The translations under genes and the position numbers were made by a program. DNA of 64,000 nucleotides from Macrostomum lignano. Its lineage: Eukaryota. The stretch spans positions 62,001 to 126,000 of the forward strand of contig NIVC01000137.1 in NCBI GenBank assembly GCA_002269645.1, in the 5' to 3' direction. This document shows, piece after piece, positions 26,540-38,831 of the stretch (the stretch's first letter is position 1; every line of letters starts with the position of its first letter). The notes under the pieces were generated by a model that ran no database searches, was not told the origin of the DNA, and worked only from the letters and a program-made list of their open reading frames with translations.

Positions 26540-27575
26540 CTCCCAAAAAGTCTATATATCCATGGCAACCTCTTGGTTTCCTTCTATGTTTTCTTCTAAG
26601 TTTTTTTCTATGCCTTGCAGATGGCAACACATAGATTTGCTACGCTCTTGTGTTGAACTCAGTAGGCCTCCTTCTCTACACACATCTAGAAATAGAAGTC
26701 TAAGGGGTTCAAATCAAGCAAAGAGGGAGGCCAGATATCCTTACCCTAGAAATTGCTAAAGTTGCCTACCAAAAATGCTTCTATTGTTCTCGCAGTATAA
26801 GCTGAAGCGCCATCTTGCTAAAACATGTAGTCATCTCCTAGATACCTCTGCTGCAACCAGGGCAAGACTTGTGTCCTCAGCAGCTCCTGGTACATTGCAG
26901 AACTTTTGGCCATCAGATGTGATGATACTAGAACCATCACCGAGGCAGGGTGCTAGCAGTGTTGAATCACTTGAACATTGTTTAGGATCTCAGACACTGG
27001 CATAGAGATGATGCAGAAATCATTTTGCCTGTTGACAATAGCATTGATGGTGAATAGCTTCTTGTCTGAGAAGATGTGCACAAGTTGACAATGGGACTTC
27101 AGCTAGTTCAGCAGACCTCTGGCCCTCTTTGCACAACAGTGCTTTTAGTTAGTAAACACACTATGCTGGGCAACAACAGCCCTGCTGTGCATGCCTAGGT
27201 CATCTTTGATAAGCTTCCTCATTGTGGAGTCAGCCATGTATGTTGAAGTCGTGCCAGCTGCCAGATGCTCCTCCTGGGATTTTGACGAATCTGTTGTTTT
27301 ATGGCTCAAATTGTGGCAGCAGTGCAAGATGTGCTAAAGCGCCTATCACCATGTTAAGCTTTTGTGCCCCCCAGTCTTGTTAAGGAGCTTTTTGGTTCAG
27401 TAGACTCACATTACACCAAGCCATCTTGCAATTGACGCTAGCTTCTCATCCATGCAAAGCTTTTTGACTGTCTCTCTGCAAATCTCCTCATTCAAAAGCA
27501 AATGGAATCAAATTTTGTATTGATTGACAAACTTTAGGCTCTCTAATGTCACTTGTGTCTGTATTTATAGCCCAT
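26540..27575 (-). mobile_element. Decayed Tc1/mariner transposase, maT (DD37D/Bmmar1-like)
   Basis: The minus strand translates, across stops and frameshifts, to STMRKLIKDDLGM, IFSDKKLFTI..NRQND, HPASVMV, YQELLRTQVLPW, F*QDGASAYTA and WPPSLLDLNPLDF. TIRs not identified. Confidence 0.88.
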
Positions 27576-27881
27576 GAAAATGAAAAAACAAAAAACAAAA
27601 ACGATAAATTGTAAGGTGTCTCAATATGTATGTAGCTTGAAGTTTCATGTGCCTTGACCACTTATATTGCAGGTGTCATTTATCAGTATAAGTTTCATTG
27701 CTCTGAGGACAGAATATCTCCTACATAGATGCAACAATTGTACACTAGTGTCAAGGGGCATTAGACAAAAAAATCAGCCATCCAAGAACACCTGCTCACA
27801 TTAAATTTATGTTGAAAAAGCAACTGATTTCACTACTGCATGCTTCAAGTTCTAACTTTGATTTATTAAATTAAAGACATC

Positions 27882-30184
27882 ATGGCCACGCCTCCGTATC
27901 CCAGCTATGTCAAGGGTGGCGAAACATCTGCTCCTCCGCCCGGCTACGGGCCGCCTCCCCCAGCTTATGGCGGTAGTGCCCCTCCACCCGCGGCGCCTTA
28001 TTATCAGCCGCAGCCCCAGCAACAGCAGCAGCATGGAAGCAAGCCGCAGCCAAAACCCAAAACCAGCCACGGATTGTTCGGCTCGCTTAGTAGCATTGGG
28101 CGCGACGTGGCTAAAGGATTCAATTCCATTGCCACTGAGGCTAGCAGCGTCTATAGTCGGAGCGTTCACGGGGATATTGTGTCACAGTTGGTGTCTGGTA
28201 CGTAATGATTGATACAGCTCTGCTTTGCAACTGAAATACTTGTTTCAAACTGTATCTTAGGTATACCCTTGAAATCGCAATTGTTAAACTCAAATCTACT
28301 TTAATTTTTTTTTTAAATTGTGTTTTCTCACTCCCCAAAAGAATAAAAGCTAATCAATCCCTCTTAAGCAATTTAACCCATTTCTTCATTATAAATCGCC
28401 CTTCAACGCCCCTCAAGGATCGCCCTCTAACCCCCCCCCCCTCAAGAATCGCCCTCCAACCCCCCCCCTCAAGAATCGCCCTCCAACCCTCCCTCAAGAA
28501 TCGCCCTCCAACCCCCTACAAAGTATCGGGAACCTGGGATCTGACCATCAAAACCCGCTCTCTCTCCAGGCACCACGATAATCCTGATCTCTCGCATGAG
28601 CGGCCGCAGCCTAGAGATCGTGCAGGGCCCCGACGGCAGACTGATGCTTGACGCTGCTTGCCAGGACTCGCCGCATGTGTTCAATAACAAATGGCTGGTC
28701 ACTAAGATGGGCAGCTGGTTTCATCTGTCCAATTATAACAACTTCTTGGCTATTGAAGGCGGCAATCTCGTTGTGGCTATGAATGTTGTAAGTCTAAACA
28801 GTTTAATGATTCCCCTAATCAGTTTAATGATTCCCCTAATCAGTTTAATGATTCCCCTAATCAGTTTAATGATTCCCCTAATCAGTTTGATTATTCCCCT
28901 AATCAGTTTTATGATTCCCCTAATCAGGTTAATGATTCCCCTAATCAGTTTGATTATTCCCCTAATCAGTTTAATGATTCCCCTAATCAGTTTAATGATT
29001 CCCCTAATCAGGTTAATGATTCCCCTAATCAGTTTAATGATTCCTTCAGTGTAATAATGATAGTCCTAATCAGTTTGATGATTACCCTAATCAGTTTAAT
29101 GATTCCCCTAATCAGTTTAATGATTCCCCTAATCAGTTTAATGATTCCTTCAGTGTAATAATGATAGTCCTAATCAGTTTGATGATTACCCTAATCAGTT
29201 TAATGATTCCCCTAATCAGTTTAATGATTCCCCTAATCAGTTTGATGATCCCCCTAATCAGTTTAATGATTTCCCTAATCAGTTTAATGATTCCCCTAAT
29301 CAGTTTAATGATTCCCCTAATCAGTTTAATGATTCCCACTAATCGATTTAATGATTCCCCTAATCAGTTTAATGATTCCCCTAATCAGTTTAATGATTTC
29401 CCTAATCAGTTTGATGATTCCCCTAATCAGTTTAATGATTCCCCTAATCAGTTTAATGATTTCCCTAATCAGTTTGATGATTCCCCTAATCAGTTTAATG
29501 ATTCCCCTAATCAGTTTAATGATTCCCCTAATCAGTTTAATGATTCCCCTAATCAGTTTAATGATTCCCACTAATCGATTTAATGATTCCCCTAATCAGT
29601 TTAATGATTCCCCTAATCAGTTTAATGATTCCCCTAATCAGTTTAATGATTTCCCTAATCAGTTTGATGATTCCCCTAATCAGTTTAATGATTCCCCTAA
29701 TCAGTTTAATTATTCCCCTAATCAGTTTAATGATTTCCCTAATCAGTTTAATGATCCCCCTAATCAGTCTAATGATTCCCCTAATCAGTTTAATGATTCC
29801 CCTAATCAGTCTAATGATTCCCCCAATCAGATTATTGATTCCCCTAATCAACAATTTAATGATTCCCCTAATCAATTTAATGATTCCTCTAATCAGTTTA
29901 ATGATTCCCCTAATGAGTTTAATGATTATTACGTGCCAGTAACAGTACATAGAAGTTAAACTAGACTACCCCGTCTGACCACCCCCAACCAGCAGGACCA
30001 CAGCCGCCCCCCGCCATCGTCGCGGTTCAAGCTGCACCAAATGGAGCACTTCCTCCTGTTGGAGAGCGCCATAACGCCGGGCCAATACGTGGCCGCCACT
30101 GAGCGAGGCGAGATTAAACCGCCTGCGGCCAGCTCTAACGATAAATTTTCTCACTTCGGCGTGCAGTTCGTTACGACGCGTTAA
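27882..30184 (+). CDS. Uncharacterised protein: Pro/Tyr/Gly/Gln-rich N-terminus plus C-terminal beta-trefoil-like domain; exons 27882-28197, 28570-28787, 29993-30184
   Basis: Consistent phases (1, 0). Trefoil-like repeats: IILISRMSGRSLEIV, FHLSNYNNFLAIEGGNL, FLLLESAITPGQYVAATERGEI. The fold assignment is inferred from pattern only. Confidence 0.7.
28796..29925. repeat. 21-bp minisatellite ATTCCCCTAATCAGTTTAATG filling intron 2
   Basis: Tandem units; accounts for the MIPLISL ORFs. Confidence 0.97.
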
Positions 30185-30781
30185 GGAGAAATCAGAAAAT
30201 ATTTAAAAGAAGTTGAATTTTTTCTAAAATAACAAACAGTTGTCATAAAAAATTACGGTTACGATTCGTTTTTGGTACTAATAGTAGGGTAGTTTGAAAA
30301 CAGTAGGCATAAATATGCTTTCTCTACTACTTAGAATATGGTTTATAACTTTTATTACCGATCGATTTTTTTGTAACGCAATTCTATTATTTGCATCCGA
30401 TTAATGATAATTAATGTGCTATCGATGCCTTGCAATACAATATGCAGACCGTAAAGCTTCTTATTAATATATTGAAGCTTACACAGTTATTCCTGTAAAT
30501 TATTGAGTTTTTATTTTCAGTTGGTATTCAATTCGACAATTCTTTGGTTTAAATATTTATCCAGTTACTGAAACAGTTTATTTATCGCTGCTGTTCGGAA
30601 TCTAGGAATTATTATTTGAATTAAGAAAGCAGATAAATTTCAAGTTTTTTTGTACGGCTGGTATTCATTTTATTCTAATAATTATTCAGAACTTTTTACT
30701 CCTAAAATATACGTGATATTTATTCGTTTGCTTTTAAACTGTTGTCGTCATTTTCTCGAAATTAAACATGTATCCATAAAT

Positions 30782-31338
30782 CCATAGACAGTCCAATCCA
30801 GCACCCAGGCCACTGAGGCCAGCCATAGACAGTCCAATCCAGCACCCAGGCCAGCCATAGACAGTCCAATCCAGCACCCAGGCCAGCCATAGACAGTCCA
30901 ATCCAGCACCCATGCCAGCCATAGACAGTCCAATCCAGCACCCATGCCAGCCATAGACAGTCCAATGCAGCACCCATGCCAGCCATAGACAGTCCAATGC
31001 AGCACCCAGGCCAGCCATAGACAGTCCAATGCAGCACCCATGCCAGCCATAGACAGTCCAATGCAGCACCCATGCCAGCCATAGACAGTCCAATGCAGCA
31101 CCCATGCCAGCCATAGACAGTCCAATGCAGCACCCATGCCAGCCATAGACAGTCCAATGCAGCACCCATGCCAGCCATAGACAGTCCAATGCAGCACCCA
31201 TGCCAGCCATAGTCCAATGCAGCACCCATGCCAGCCATAGACAGTCCCATGCAGCACCCAGGCCAGCCATAGACAGTCCAATGCAGCACCCATGCCAGCC
31301 ATAGTCCAATGCAGCACCCATGCCAGCCATAGACAGTC
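30782..31338. repeat. 32-bp minisatellite CCATGCCAGCCATAGACAGTCCAATGCAGCAC overlapping the DGKE start codon
   Basis: Tandem units; the last unit contains the ATG at 31320. Confidence 0.95.
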
Positions 31339-34300
31339 TTAGTGCATCTGAATTCAATTTCTCTCTGTTGCTGGCCCCCCACTGGGCGTGGCAAGCGCTA
31401 TACGCTGCCGGCCTTCTATTGCTCACCTACTTATTAATCTACCTGAGAAAGCTGCGACACCGTCGCCTACCGGATCCCAGTGTGCCGGCCCCGGATGACG
31501 GCGCCGCTCCTAGCAACAACGGTCACCGGTGGCGCCGAATCGGTCACTTCGATCGGCCAGCTTATTGTGGAGTCTCTGGCGGAGCCGCTATGCTCGAAGG
31601 CGCCGTCTGTCAGCACTGCGGCCTGTGCGTTTCCGACTCGGAACTGTCCGTTGCAGTCCGCGCTGTGCCCTGCAAGCCTGTCGCTTTGATACCTTCGTCA
31701 TCCTCGCCATCATCGGATGCTGACATAGAAGGCACACCGCATCATTGGGTTGAAGGCAATTTGCCAGCCTATTCAATGTGCTGCGTTTGTCGCGATGCCT
31801 GCGGCGAAGCTGGCCGACTGTGCGACCTGCGGTGCGCCTGGTGCCAGCGCTGCGTGCATCCAGACTGCGCCCAGTTGACTGCCAATGGAGCGTAAGTGAG
31901 GCCCAAGGACAACTGCTTTAAAGTACAGTAAGTAGAAAGAGGAGACCTTGACCTAAATGCAACTTTGGCTAACCCTGGCTAACCCTGGCCAAATTTGGAC
32001 AACGATACGGTGACAAGAATCGCTAAAGAGTCGTTGCAAACAACTCACTTGTGACTCTAGCGACTTTCTGGGGCGATTCTTGCGGCTTTTTTTAACGATT
32101 CAAATGCGGCGAAGAGGCGCTGACTGTTGTGTCACAAGCGAGCTTTTCTGGCGAGCTTTACCAGGACATCTTGTTTTTAGAGTCGTCTAGAGTCACTTTT
32201 TATATTTCACCTGTGTTACCTGCAACCACTCTGGGGCAACTTAAGTGACTCTGGCTCGTTTTTTGGCCTGTATTCAATACTGCACTAATATTATCTACTA
32301 TTAGTAGTCTAAATTGGCCGTTTCAGTAATATGACATTTAAATTCGCATTTCCAGTCCTTCTACAAGAGAAGGCGGCGAAGCCAACAAAATCAGCAATGC
32401 TGACGCTTCGCAGCGGCGCCAGCTTCCAAGGCTGTGCGATTTCGGCCGCTACGCCGACGCGGTGGTGCCGCCGCACTGTGTGCAACTGTCGAAACCGACT
32501 CGCCGTCGGCAGCCTAGTCTGCTGTCGATGGTGCGGGCTCCCCGGCTGCCCGCCGTTTGGCGGCCCCTGATTGTGCTGGCCAATCGGCACAGCGGCGGAG
32601 GCGAAGGCGACCAAGTGCTGCAGCGATTCCGGGCGGTGCTGAATCCTGCTCAGGTGAGAGGCTCCGGCCAACTTGATTGTTGCTACCTGATTTTCAGTGA
32701 TTGATTGGGGGTTTCAGAATTTCCTTAAGGATCGGCCTTCAATACCGATAAAATTGCTTTAAATTGGAAATCCATCAAAATCAGCCTTTTAATTAACAAA
32801 ATTTTAAAAGTAATCGGCCTTCGATTCTTGAAAATAATCGGCCTTCGATTCTTGAAAATAATCAGCCTTCAATTCCATCAAGAATCGGCCTTCAATTCCA
32901 TCAAGAATCGGCCTTCAATTCCATCAAGAATCGGCCTTCAATTCCATCAAGAATCCGCCTTCAATTCCATCAAGAATCCGCCTTCAATTCCATCAAGAAT
33001 CCGCCTTCAATTCCATCAAGAATCCGCCTTCAATTCCATCAAGAATCCGCCTTCAATTCCATCAAGAATCCGCTTTAAATCAGAAATCGGCCTTCTATTC
33101 CATCAAGAATCGGCCTTCAATTCCATCAAGAATCGGCCTTCAATTCCATCAAGAATCGGCCTTCAATTTCCAGGAATAATCGCCCTGAAGGATGTCACTC
33201 TAAAGCACTGTTCTTCATTTCCCTGAACAATGATAAACACAATGTCCACAGTGAATAATCGATCTCTAAATTTACCTTCTCTCGCAGGTGCTGGACCTGT
33301 CCGAAGTGCCACCCAAAGTGGCCCTGGGCTGGTGCCGCCTCGTACCCAAAGGTGTCACAGCTCGGCTGCTTGTGTGCGGCGGCGACGGCACCGTCGGCTG
33401 GGTGCTGTCCGCCATCGAAGAGCTGGGATTGAGTCCGCCGCCTCCGTTAGCAATTTTCCCGCTGGGCACCGGCAACGATCTGTCCCGCGTGTTAGGTTGG
33501 GGACCGGGTTCGAGCGCCGACGATCTAGATAGCGTCGATGCGTTGTTAAGCGACTTGGCTAACGCTAGCGTAGATCGATTAGATCGTTGGCTTGTATCTG
33601 TGAAGCCCAGCCGATCGATGCTGTTGTCTCGATCTAAGCGGCTTACTATGAGTAATTACTTCAGTCTAGGAGTTGACGCTCTGGTTGCCTTGAATTTCGA
33701 CTCTGCCAGGCGATCGCTGCCTGCGCTTACTGGTAGTCGGATGATTAATAAGCTTTGGTGAGACATTGTAATTGACTAATTGACTAATAGGTGACTGTAT
33801 GTGTCTATTGAGTGCCTGCAGATCTAATTGGCTAATGATTGTCTATCTAATTCACTAATGCTTGTGTTTATCTAACTGACTAATGAGTGACTGTATCTAA
33901 CTAATAGTAGTCTATTTAAATTATCCCCAGGTATTTTGGCTACGGCACCCGAGACCTATGGGAGCGCGCCTGCCGCAATCTGCACCGCCGATTGACCGTG
34001 ATTCTCGACGGCCGAACATTGAATTTGCCAGAATTGGAGGGCCTGGTCGTGCTGAACATCGCCTCCTGGGGCTCCGGCTGCAGGCCGTGGGGATCGTCGG
34101 CTTCTCCGACCGTGTCGGACGATTCCTCGTCCGCGAAGATGTCGAACCCAGCCTCCTCGGCTGCTCAGCCGGATGCTCAGCTGCATTTCCGGCCGCAATC
34201 GCACGGCGACGGCCGATTCGAATTGATGGGGCTGCATTCCAGCTTCCACATGGCCCAGCTGCAGGTGGGATTAGCCCCGGCTATACGGCTGGGCCAGGGT

Positions 34301-34450
34301 TCGAATCTGCAGATTGTACTGCGGTCCGGCAGCGTTCCGGTGCAGGTGGACGGCGAGCCCTGGCTTCAGGGTCCGTGCACTTTTACTGTGGCTCATCGAG
34401 GCCAGGCCGCGGTGCTTCGCTGCGCCACGGATAAGAGTCAGGGCCTGTAG
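31320..34450 (+). CDS. DGKE: Diacylglycerol kinase epsilon; exons 31320-31891, 32356-32653, 33288-33757, 33931-34450
   Basis: N-terminal hydrophobic segment, two C1 domains (HRW...C..C...C, HHWVEGNLP...C..C...C..CQRCVHPDC), PLIVLANRHSG, VCGGDGTVGW, PLGTGNDLSRVLGWG, NYFSLGVDA, LEGLVVLNIASWGSG, QVDGEPW. Phases 2, 0, 2. Confidence 0.95.
32810..33170. repeat. 23-bp minisatellite AAGAATC(G/C)GCCTTCAATTCCATC in DGKE intron 2
   Basis: Tandem units. Confidence 0.94.
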
Positions 34451-34462
34451 GATCGCTTGCCT

Positions 34463-34495
34463 GCTGTCTGTCTGTCTGTCTCTCTGTCTGTCTCA

Positions 34496-34547
<52 letters not shown>

Positions 34548-34602
34548 GCCTGTCTGTCTGTCTGTCTGCCTGTCTGTCTGTCTGTCTGTGTGTCTGTCTG
34601 TG

Positions 34603-34649
<47 letters not shown>

Positions 34650-34650
34650 G

Positions 34651-34703
<53 letters not shown>

Positions 34704-34712
34704 GTCTGTCTA
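34463..34712. repeat. (CTGT)n microsatellite after the DGKE stop (same motif at 44036-44490; inverted at 60422-60565)
   Basis: Simple repeat. Confidence 0.97.
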
Positions 34713-35503
34713 TATGTCTGTATCCCAGAGTCCCATTCATTTTTTCACCATCGGTCTTTCTTTTGTGTAGCAGCCCCGAGTGAGCTAAAACAGATCAAAT
34801 CAGCTCCTGCATGTATACTGTATATTTATTGAACTAACTTTAGCTAACGGAGCATGCATACATTAGCAGATCTCCAATGCGAACTGGATGTACAATACTC
34901 CAATACGTCGTGTTAAGTCTGTATATTAGGCACTGTTGGATTTCAAATCCTGCTTATTATCAATACTAATTGTACCTTGTTGCTAACATGACAATTAGCT
35001 ATCGGCAGTTCGACTGCTGAGAATTTAGCTTAGTTAGTGATTGCTGTTAGTTCAGGGTTTAGAATAGGATTTAGTAGAGTCAGTTTCGTAGTCCCTACAT
35101 GGTTAGTACATAGTTTATGCGCTATATTATCCTGGATTTGTCAGCCTAAAGTTTGTAATTTCTGTGAAATTTTTCTTTTTTACTACAATTTTTTTGTTTG
35201 CATCTTTAAAACTTTTTATGTATTTTGTTCTAGAATTTTTTGATGTCCTTGATAATTAACCGTTAACTTGTCATACGTGTTTATATGGCTGTTATTTACT
35301 CAAACTACAATTTTTCCGTTATTCAGCAATCTACTTAAAAGCTTTGTTAGCTGCGCACAGCCAGTGTTCTAGTTCACCATTCACACACAATAAATATGTT
35401 GCTTTCTAGATTTCATTTCAGTTTTGTTCTATTTTTAGACAAAGCATATCAAAGCGTTGCTTGTTATAGTTCTTTAGACATTTAACTTTAGTAAGCTGAT
35501 TAC

Positions 35504-36415
35504 TCTTGCTGGGCCAGCCCCCAGATCTTCAGTTGTTGGGCCAGCCTCCCAGATCCTCAGTTGCTGGGCCAGCCTTTCAGATCCTCAGTTGCTGGGCCAG
35601 CCTCCCAGATCCTCAGTTGCTGGGCCAGCCTCCCAGATCCTCAGTTGCTGGGCCAGCCTCCCAGATCCTCAGTTGCTGGGCCAGCCTCCCAGATCCTCAG
35701 TTGCTAGGCCAGCCTCCCAGATCCTCAGTTGCTGGGCCAGCCTCCCAGATCCTCAGTTGCTAGGCCAGCCTCCCAGATCCTCAGTTGCTGGGCCAGCCTC
35801 CCAGATCCTCAGTTGGTGGGCCAGCCTCCCAGATCCTCAGTTGCTGGGCCAGCCTCCCAGATCCTCAGTTGCTGGGCCAGCCTCCCAGATCCTCAGTTGC
35901 TAGGCCAGCCTCCCAGATCCTCAGTTGCTGGACCAGCCTCCCAGATCCTCAGTTGGTGGGCCAGCCTCCCAGATCCTCAGTTGCTGGGCCAGCCTCCCAG
36001 ATCCTCAGTTGCTGGGCCAGCCTCCCAGATCCTCAGTTGCTAGGCCAGCCTCCCAGATCCTCAGTTGCTAGGCCAGCCTCCCAGATCCTCAGTTGCTAGG
36101 CCAGCCTCCCAGATCCTCAGTTGCTGGACCAGCCTCCCAGATCCTCAGTTGCTGGACCAGCCTCCCAGATCCTCAGTTGCTGGGCCAGCCTCCCAGATCC
36201 TCAGTTGCTGGGCCAGCCTCCCAGATCCTCAGTTGCTAGGCCAGCCTCCCAGATCCTCAGTTGCTAGGCCAGCCTCCCAGATCCTCAGTTGCTGGGCCAG
36301 CCTCCCAGATCCTCAGTTGCTAGGCCAGCCTCTCAGATCCTCAGTTGCTGGACCAGCCTCCCAGATCCTCAGTTGGTGGGCCAGCCTCCCAGATCCCCAG
36401 TTGCTGGACTCCCAG
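35504..36415. repeat. 28-bp minisatellite GGGCCAGCCTCCCAGATCCTCAGTTGCT upstream of TMEM17
   Basis: Tandem units; same family at 37361-37535 and 56508-57503. Confidence 0.97.
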
Positions 36416-36538
36416 ATTTCAGGCAGTCACAGCTGAATATTCATTTAAATGCTTTGCATGCCTACGCTCGAACAACTGAAGCAGACAAGCAGTGATATCG
36501 CTTAGACAGCAGCATCGCCAGAAGCCCAACCAGACCAA

Positions 36539-37252
36539 ATGAACACAATGAACAGCATGCAGCAGCAAGCCAGCCAGGCTGTGCAGCGGCTGCAAGGCAC
36601 CTGGCGGTCAGCAATGGGCCGCATGACCAATCAAATGTTCCCAGTTCGCAAGCAGGATCTGGAGAAGATCCGCTTACAGACTGGCCGCACAGGGCTTGAG
36701 TACGCCACCTTCCTGCCATTGCAGATTGTGTATTATTTCAACGCATTCTTTGCTCCATTCTGGATTGTCGGCTTCCTATTGTCCATAGTTGACAAGTACA
36801 GCAAGCTGAATTACATCTATCAGCCAATATTGATCGCCCTGTTCTGCTTGTATTGCATCCTGGAATTCATTCGGCTTTACATTGGCTATTTCGGCAATCT
36901 GTCGGAGAATATCGCCGATTTAGCCGGTAGTTGGCTTATCACTACTGTTATACAGCTGCCAGCTATCTGCTTCTTTCTATTCAACTATTTTCTGCTGGTG
37001 AATCCCTTCGAGATCGTCATGCACTCTGTGGAATTCATATTCGTACTGCTAGAAGTGATCATGGGCCTGTACACTATCAAAGTGTTTCAAACTGTTCAGG
37101 CATTGAAGTTTCACCACAAGATGGAGTATTTCAATGCTGACGGATTGGACCAGTCTGGCGAGTCCAGGGAAGACGGCTACGTCTATTATAACAATGCCTT
37201 CGAGGGTACCGAGTTGCGAAGGAGGACCGCCGGCCAAACCACCATTGCTTGA
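36539..37252 (+). CDS. TMEM17: Transmembrane protein 17 (ciliary transition zone), single coding exon, 237 aa
   Basis: LQIVYYFNAFFAPFW, ILEFIRLYIGYFGNLSE, LAGSWLITTVIQLP and a four-TM pattern match the TMEM17/TMEM216 family. Confidence 0.9.
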   Translation: MNTMNSMQQQASQAVQRLQGTWRSAMGRMTNQMFPVRKQDLEKIRLQTGRTGLEYATFLPLQIVYYFNAFFAPFWIVGFLLSIVDKYSKLNYIYQPILIALFCLYCILEFIRLYIGYFGNLSENIADLAGSWLITTVIQLPAICFFLFNYFLLVNPFEIVMHSVEFIFVLLEVIMGLYTIKVFQTVQALKFHHKMEYFNADGLDQSGESREDGYVYYNNAFEGTELRRRTAGQTTIA

Positions 37253-37360
37253 TTGACTTCTTTACTGTGCTAATTATAACTGCTTTTAATTGCTTTTAAT
37301 CAGAGTTATTCTAAATTCTGAAATTGTTGAACCACCTCCTATCTGATATCTGATATCTTG

Positions 37361-37535
37361 CAGATCCTCAGCGGCTGGGTCAGCCACCAGATCCTCAGTT
37401 GCTGGGCCAGCCTTCCAGATCCTCAGTTGCTGGGCCAGCCTCCCAGATCCTCAGTTGCTAGGCCAGCCTCCCAGATCCTCAGTTGCTGGGCCAGCCTCCC
37501 AGATCCTCAGTTGGTGGGCCAGCCTCCCAGATCCT
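37361..37535. repeat. 28-bp minisatellite, same family and orientation, downstream of TMEM17
   Basis: Tandem units. Confidence 0.93.
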
Positions 37536-38322
37536 CATTTTCTGGGGCTGCGGTATTATAAGTTTTGAATTTGATCGATTGTCAATGAAATAGTTAACTG
37601 ACAAAATATCCATGAATTACTCGTACATAATAATTTTTATTGTCATGCGCAGCTGATTAGTTAGAAACCAGCGGATATCTGATATCTTTAGATTATAGCA
37701 CCAAATCGATCATTGCGAACCTAAGTTGTGAATATTGACTCTAACTATATTTAAAAAGTATGAAGTTCGAGTATCTTATAGATTAGACCATCCATTCCGT
37801 CCACTGCTATTTTTGTGTTGTTTCAATATTTTACATGACTAAAGCACTTGAAATTTTTGTTTATAAGAGTAAAAGAGAACTTATAGGTAGCATGTGTCCA
37901 CTGGCTGTGACGCATAACATTTTTTATACTATTAGATACTTGTAATGCCTATATATGTATTTAATAAATATCTCTTCTATTCGTTTGTTCAATGCTATTG
38001 TAGTTTTTTACTGTGTTGACACAGTTTATTGTATTAAAGTATTTATTCGTTAATTTTAAATACCAAATAACATAATTTTTTGATTAAACTTGTAGTACAA
38101 GTCTTGTATTTATTTTTTTCATGAAATATTCAGTGCAGTATTCAGTTGTTGATTTAGTATATAGTTGTTATAGCTATGATGACTCAATTAGTTTAATTTC
38201 AACCGGCTGGATCTGTCTGTCTTTTCTTACTCGAGGACCCATCGTGGCTAAAAGACGTCGACAGACTGTTTAAAACTGTGAGTAGTTTTTTATGCTTAGA
38301 TTTATTAGTAAGATATTTATTA

Positions 38323-38426
38323 ATGATGACCTCGAATGTCTAATTTGAGTCTAGAGAGTGACTATATTTGTTTATAGTTGCTCGTAAGTACCTTGACGAA
38401 AAAATTAAACAAGAATTACCGTCTGA
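38323..38426 (+). ncRNA. Box C/D snoRNA, predicted guide for 18S Um (yeast U578/snR77, human U627/SNORD65 site)
   Basis: C box ATGATGA 38323; D box CTGA 38423. GAATTACCG upstream of D is complementary to conserved 18S CGGUAAUUC; the D+5 base pairs with the first U. Only 9 bp. Confidence 0.65.
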
Positions 38427-38493
38427 AGTATTGATATCAGATGGGGTTGGTTAATATTCCTACTTTAAATGTTACAGTTATTGGCCTATATTA

Positions 38494-38567
38494 ATGATGA
38501 TAAAATTATTGTATGCAAAGATAAAATCGTGACTTTTTGCAATCTAAAGCTGATTTAATGAGACTGA
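38494..38567 (+). ncRNA. Box C/D snoRNA family A copy 1 (U57/SNORD57/snR51-type, 18S Am99)
   Basis: ATGATGA...AGCTGATTTAATGAG-A-CTGA. The guide is complementary to 18S CUCAUUAAAUCAG(C/U)U; D+5 targets A99 (human numbering). Confidence 0.9.
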
Positions 38568-38760
38568 ATATTTAGAGCCATGAAACTTTATTATAAATTT
38601 AGTTTGTAACTTCCATTTTTAATATCGATTTTTCTATCAACCTGCTCCTTTTGTTTTAGGACCTCTACAGTGTATTATCGGTTCATGTGTTAAAGAAGAT
38701 AGGTAAGTCAATTGGATTATTACTAAGTTTAGTGGAACAAAGGATTTTATGAATACAGCT

Positions 38761-38831
38761 TTGATGATAATCTCTATATAAATGACCTCAAATATTATGA
38801 GTGTAACCTAAAGCTGATTTAATGAGACTAT
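38761..38831 (+). pseudogene. Family A copy 2 with degenerate D box (CTAT)
   Basis: TTGATGA C box and intact guide, but CTGA is replaced by CTAT. Confidence 0.65.

Noticed and set aside
31968-31992. GGCTAACCCTGGCTAACCCTGG as interstitial telomeric repeat
   Set aside because: Only two imperfect units; chance-level.
34296-34312. GGTTCGAATC, a tRNA T-loop/B-box-like motif
   Set aside because: It is inside DGKE coding exon 4 with no cloverleaf.
37600-37683. Possible extra snoRNA ending ACCAGCGGATAT-CTGA
   Set aside because: There is no C box and no convincing rRNA or snRNA complement.
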